Below, in pieces: positions 58,225 to 64,000 of a stretch of DNA of 64,000 bases. The notes beneath the pieces are model-generated. The model searched no databases, was not told the DNA's origin, and saw only the letters and a program-made list of their open reading frames with translations. The position numbers and the translations under genes are program-made. The stretch is from the NCBI RefSeq assembly GCF_009914755.1, contig NC_060928.1, one strand, 5' to 3'. This DNA is from the human T2T-CHM13v2.0 reference genome, Homo sapiens. The first letter of the stretch is position 1. Each line of letters opens with the position of its first letter.

Positions 58225-58457
58225 CCCAGATACTCACTCTTGGAGGTGAATCAGGAAACTAAGTAGGCATTCAGTGCAAAGGAGTCCTGCCATTAATTAT
58301 TCTTATCTGTGATCGTTTTGGAAAAGAGAGTGGTGGCAGACATCTGTGTATTTTTGGACTCTGGATGGGAAACTTTATGCTAATATCTAAAATTAGTTAA
58401 AATTTTAACTATTCTGAAATTAGTTAAAATTCTCATGGAATTTCTTTCTCTCTCTTT

Positions 58458-58580
58458 CTTTTTTTTTCGAGGTTTCACCATGTTGCCCAGGCTGGATCTG
58501 GAACTCCTAGGCTCAAATGATCTGCCTGCCTCTGCCTCTCAAAATGCTGGAATTACAGGTGTGAGCTAATGCGCTCAGCC
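58458..58580 (-). mobile_element. FLAM / Alu left monomer
   Basis: Single arm 'ccatgttgcccaggctgg...gaactcctaggctcaaatgatc...gcgctcagcc'. Confidence 0.8.
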
Positions 58581-59464
58581 TTAGATTAAGATATCCGGGA
58601 TTACTTCATTCTGGTCTTAGTGCAATTAGTAGAATTTGCCTCCAGTTCTGGCATTTTGAATAAACACAGTTTAACAAAACCCATTTTTTAATCCCTCCCA
58701 ACTATCTGTCTTCCTTGCTGTTGTTTATTAGCTTTGTTATTTGAGGTCATCGTTTTTGTATCTAGCCTCTTAACAATTCCTCAGTGGTCACTGCCACTGC
58801 CTCATAGTTCCAAGTTGATCTGGAAAAATGATAGACCCTACGCATGCATAATTCCTGCACTACATCTTCTGTAAAGGATATGAGTAGTAACAGGTCTCTG
58901 ATTTGGCACTGGTTCTTTCCCAATGTTCCAAGAAAGACATTGTATCTGCTGTTTTATATTTGGTGGTTAAAATTCTTTATAAACATCTTTTAATCTTATT
59001 ATTTCATGAAAGACCTAGACCAAATGAATCATGAACCAATGCTCATAATGTTCAGATTGATGTTTGTAGTTTGTTATATAAGACAAACAAATATTTTGCT
59101 TTCACTTGAGGGTTATAGAAGTTTGTAACTAATAAGCAATTAACCATAAACTTTGATGTCTTTTCTGTATTGAAGCAAACTTTCTTATGAGAATATGGGT
59201 TTAGTGATGGAGTAAGTCACTGTATAATGTATACTTATGAGATAATTATACATACATATTTCCTTAGATTGTGAATTCCTTTTAGGGCATGGGCCACTCA
59301 TATTCATCCTTGTGCCTAACACAAATTTGGCCTTCATTAAACAGACAATTAATTGAAGGCCTCAATGAAAAATGATTTAAGAATTTATATTTTTAATTCC
59401 TTTTAAGTTCTGGCAAATTTTTTCAAAGTTAGGCATCTTACCTTCCGCTGGAAACCATGTCTTA

Positions 59465-59640
59465 ATAGAAAGAACAGTGGACTTGCATTCAGAAGACAGG
59501 TTAGTCTTGCTACTTCCTAAAACTTTCCGAACTTCAATTTCCTCAAGTGTTAACTTGAAATAGAATACATCTGACAGTGCTAATGCAAAAAGTAAGATAA
59601 TAAGAAAGCGTTTAGTGCTGTGTTGGTAGGCACTTAATAC
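59465..59640 (+). mobile_element. MIR fragment
   Basis: 'agaaagaacagtggacttgcattcagaagac...cttcaatttcctcaagtgt...gtaggcacttaata'. Confidence 0.55.
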
Positions 59641-59664
59641 TTTAAAAATACTAGAAGCTTCTTT

Positions 59665-59712
59665 TTTTTCCTTTTTATTTTTTATTTTTGAGACGTAGTC
59701 TCGCTCTGTTGC
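59665..59712 (-). mobile_element. Ultra-short 5'-truncated Alu (23 bp of body plus tail)
   Basis: 'gagacgtagtctcgctctgttgc' plus T tail between perfect 14-bp TSDs CTAGAAGCTTCTTT (59651-59664, 59713-59726). Confidence 0.9.
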
Positions 59713-60289
59713 CTAGAAGCTTCTTTATCTGGTTTCCATTATCGATTTTTAAAGATGTAAGAATAAAAATTTTTAGAAATTTAATCATTTGCACTGAAAA
59801 TTTTTTAACTCCATCTTCTTTAAAAAATGTAGGGTTTTTTTGACTTTTGAAGATCAGTGGAGTGGAAGAAATTTTGTTTTCCTTAGAATCGAAAGATTGA
59901 GGGGGACGTCTGCTTCTGGGAATAATAGGCCAAGGTGCTAGTGGATGACGTCTTTGCAGAAAACAACTATGAAACTTGGCTTTAATACAAAGAGCAACTA
60001 CTTGGAGAATGAACAGAAGCATTCCTTTGTATGTATTCAGAAGAGGGCCTTGAGGGGGTTTAGAAGTAGGTTCCTCATTTTCTTCTCTCTTAGAGAGGCA
60101 TAAACAACAGTAGGAAAACATACTTGCTTTCTTGCCAGAGAAAGCAGAAAACTGAAGCCAGGGACATGTGGCTGCTGAGAGGAGTAGGGGAATACCAGAA
60201 AGGAAAGAGTCAAAAAAGGGATTAAAAAATTCTGTCTACCCACATATCTGACTGATCCCTAGAACATTAATGTTTTGCACAGACTTAGC

Positions 60290-60790
60290 AGCTCAGCTAA
60301 CAATAACAACAACAACAAAGGTATGAGAAGGGACTAGAACTTCTACCCCTAAATCAGAATTTCAATTTAAGCCCAGCCAAAATAATTGCCTGCTAAAGTA
60401 AAAGAAGCAACATACATTGGAAAAAAAAAACCAGTGTTTAGAATCTCCACAATTTAACATTCACAATATCCAGAATAAGATATAAAATTACCCAACCTGT
60501 ATAAAAAAAAAAACCAAACCTAAACAAACGAACAACAACAACAACAACAAAAACACAACAAGAAAATGGAACACAGTTGCTAGAGGAAAGAAAATAAAAT
60601 GAGTTCAACCCTAAGGTGAGCCATATTTTGGAATCAGCAGAGAAGGACTTCTAAGCACTTATTAAAAGTATCCTTAATGAGATAAAACTAAAATATGTTC
60701 ACAATGAATTGTAAGATGTGAAATCTCAGCGTAAAAATAAAAATGTTTAAAAAAGACCAAATGGAAATTATAGAACTGAAAATTACATAG
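60290..60790 (+). mobile_element. Ancient L1M 5'/ORF1-start fragment
   Basis: 'ttggaatcagcagagaaggactt...agaccaaatggaaattatagaactgaaaa' with an A-rich (CAA)n segment. Confidence 0.55.
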
Positions 60791-61014
60791 GCACAATAAA
60801 TCTCACCCATTTGTCGTGAAGATTAAATACACATTTGGTAATTCATTCAGCCTAGTGCCTAGTATAGATTTTTTGTACTTTTCCTCTTCCCTCAAACATT
60901 CAGTCAGGATTATATTATGACTTTCATCATTCTGGGTCCAATTCAGCCTTCAGGGTAAATTCTAATTGGTGCACAAGCTCCTAGCTAATGCAGATAGGAT
61001 TATTATTATTATTA

Positions 61015-61460
61015 TAGTGGCTTAAACAATAGAAACGTATTGTCTTACAGTTCTGTAGGTCAGAAATCTGATGCTGGGCTACAATCAAGATGTTGGCAGG
61101 GCTGCATACTGTTCTAGAGACAATGGGGTGGGAGGGATCTATCTTCTTGCCTTTCCCAGCTTGTAGAGACCACCTGCATTCCTTGACTCATGACTTGCTT
61201 CCTTTGTCTAGATAGCTACCAGGAACAAATCCAGCATTGTTCATGCTGGTGTCTTACTCTCTTAACCTCTGAAAATGTTCTCTGCTTTTAAAGACTCATT
61301 TGATTAGGTTGGGCTTAGCTGGATGATCAGGATAATCTTTTCATCTCAATGCCATTTAGCCTTAATCATATCTGAAGTCTTTTTTTTCCATGTGAGGAAC
61401 ATATCACAGATTCTGAGGACTGGGATATGAACATCTTTGGAGGGGATGTTATTATTTATT
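61015..61460 (-). mobile_element. MLT1D-type MaLR LTR
   Basis: 'gtggcttaaacaatagaaacgtattgtcttacagttctgtaggtcagaaatctga...acatctttggagggg'. Confidence 0.75.
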
Positions 61461-61587
61461 TTTCCTCCATTCTCTCTTAAAGTCTTAATGATGGCTATTG
61501 TTCTTCTATATCCCTTAGCTTTCTCTAATGTTATCCTTCTATTTGTTCCTTTTATTTTTTGTGCCCTGTCAAATTTTTTAAAATAAA

Positions 61588-62880
61588 ATTTTTTATTTTA
61601 AAAGTTTTGATTTACACTCCAAATTGTGAAGATAGTATAGGAATTCTCATATACTGTGCATTCAGTTTCTCTTATTATTAACATCTTACATTAGTATGGT
61701 ACATTAATGAACAGCATTGATACATTATCACTAATTAAAGCCCATATTTTATGTAGATTTCTTTGGTTTTTACCTAATGCCCTGTTTGTTTCAGGATCCC
61801 AGCTAAGATACTAAATTATATTTAGTCATTATGTCTCCTTAAGCTTTTCTTGGCCATGACAGTTTCTCACTTTCCTTATTTCTGATGACCTTGAGAGTTT
61901 TGATTACTAGATAGATACTTTGTAGAATATCCCACAACTGGAATTTAGCAGTTGTCTTTCTCGTGATTAAATGGGGGTTATGGGTTTTTGGGAGAAAGAC
62001 CACAGAGGTAAAGTGTCATTCTCATATTGTATCAACAGTATATACTATCAACATGACTTATCACTGATGTTAACCTTTCTCATCTGAATCATGTGGCTTT
62101 TGTCAGGTTTCCCCACTGTAAAGTTACTCTTCTCTCCCTTTTTTCATAATGTACTTTTGGAAGAAAGTCCCTAAGTTCAGCCCACACTTAAGGAGTGAGG
62201 AGTGTTGGTACTCCACCTTCTTGAGCAGGGAGTTTCCACATAAAGTACTTGGAGTTCTTCTGTATGAAAGATTTGTCCTTCCTACTTTATTTGTTTACTC
62301 AATTATTCCTGTCAGTATTTCTATCAACACATACACACTTTGTGTTATAATTTAATACTGCCTTATTTTGTTGCCCAACTTTTTGCCCCTTTGGTCATTG
62401 GGAGCTCTTTCAGTTGGTGCTTGGCTCCATCATTGTGGAGTTTTCTGTTTGCTTTTTTTAAGCATTTCCTTACTTGCTGGCACTATATGATGCTGCAGAT
62501 TCATCTTGTAGGCTTCCTGTCCTAGCTTTCGAAGCATTCATTTCTCCATGGAGCCCTGGTTCCTTTTATTAGAGAATGATATGAAGAACCAAGATCTTTG
62601 CACGAAGTGTGCTTGTTACCATTGTTGTGTTGTTGTTTCTCTATGTTTTTACCTGACAGGACAAGGAAATATATGATGAATGCTTAGTGCCTGTATGTAC
62701 AGACATGCATAAATCTTTTTATAGATAATCATCTGTGTTTATAATAACCAACCATGAGTTCATCCTGATCTCTCCAACTCTATTTCATCACCAGATGGAT
62801 CATTCTTGCCTACTCCCTTTTCTCCTTTGTAACCTCACACTCCAACAGTTAGTAACCTGACTCCACTGACACCATCATTT
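61588..62880 (-). mobile_element. L1MD/L1MC-type long 3' UTR
   Basis: 'gaagatagtatagg...attaacatcttacattagtatggtacatt', 'ggagaaagaccacagaggtaaagtg' and 'gagccctggttccttttatt'. Confidence 0.75.
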
Positions 62881-62889
62881 TTGACTATC

Positions 62890-63398
62890 CAACATCCTTA
62901 CTTCCTTTGATTGCATTTCCTCTGTAAACCACCCATCTTTCACTCCAAGTTCATATGGCATAGTGGAGTTGATGCTACTTGTTGGAGTAATGGTTGCATT
63001 CATTTACCTGGTCCTGGCTAATTAGCACAAGTGTTTTTCTTGGCTATGGGTACTGCTTCTGTGAAAGACAGATGGCCCAGGTTCTCCTCAATTCCAGGGC
63101 TTCTGTGGGCATAAGTGAAGTCCTGAAAGAAAGAGAAATTTTCTTTCTGCTGAACTCGGAGCTGTAATGATGCAAGTCTCATTTTCCAGGGGAATGCCCT
63201 CAGGGGAAAATCTACCCGTGAAAAATGTAACATATAGAAAAGGTGGACTAAAAGATGGGTAGAGATATCTTCCTGATGACCACATCTGAGCACCTGGATC
63301 CAGTCACACCTCCCCATAAATGTTTCCGTTGTGAACCAGTGACTTCCCTACTGAGCCTGTTTGGTTTGGATTTATGCCATATGTAACCAGAATCTCTT
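62890..63398 (+). mobile_element. Old MLT1 (K/L-type) LTR
   Basis: 'tgagcacctggatccagtcacacct...gagcctgtttggtttggattt...taaccagaatc'. Confidence 0.5.
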
Positions 63399-64000
63399 AA
63401 GTCCTTTACCCACCTGGACTTAACTAGAGTTCATTAAATTTATGATTCTAAGGCACTGGAATGCAACACACACATTAGGATAATATCTTGTAATCCCACA
63501 GTTTTCACTAAACCCAAAGTTTATCTATAATCTCTTGAGAGTTATACCCTAACTACAGCATTTCCTTTGGGTGAAAACTAGAAATTTTACACTGACAATT
63601 GGGAAAATTTTAATTTGAACCACTGGAAAACAAAGTGCCATATCTGTCTTTAATAATAAGTTGAAGCAGACTGAAAGTCATTGAACTTTTGCCTCCCTCT
63701 TTATGCATATTTTTTTCTTACCATTTGTCTGAAAATATATAAGCTCTAAAATGAATAGGAGAACCTTAATTGAAAGAGGTTGTCAGCTCTCTTAGTTGCT
63801 TAAGGTATTGAAGGAGGTTTCATAATTTCAGTCTGGATTTGAATGTCTTGCCAATTTTTAAAAATTTGATTCCAATACATTAATAGAATACCCCTCCCAA
63901 TATCATAAACTTGTTAGTTTCTTATATATTTGTTTTTCAAAGGTTTATTAAAAATCTACTTTATGTGTGTGATAGATTGCTGATTATATTCAGTACAAGG

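Overview
Primate (hominoid, most likely human) non-coding genomic DNA, intronic or intergenic and dominated by transposable elements. No intact protein-coding gene, RNA gene or CRISPR array is supportable. The main contents are a minus-strand LTR12C/ERV9 solo LTR with TSD and an internal perfect 7x25-bp GC-rich expansion, a 5'-truncated LOR1-like ERV1 provirus, and a dense L1 cluster at 31-55 kb (a twin-primed 5'-inverted L1PA8A-like copy, a full-length L1PA4-like copy with an AluY in ORF1, a deleted L1PA15/16-like copy and a full-length L1PA3-like copy). Alus, MaLR/ERVL LTRs, DNA-transposon fossils and MIR/L2 fragments fill much of the rest. The best non-repeat lead is a small CpG-retaining, motif-dense promoter/first-exon candidate at about 25.8 kb. 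Subfamily names come from recalled consensus sequences, not a database search. I found no convincing new biological system; the findings are candidate regulatory and structural oddities.
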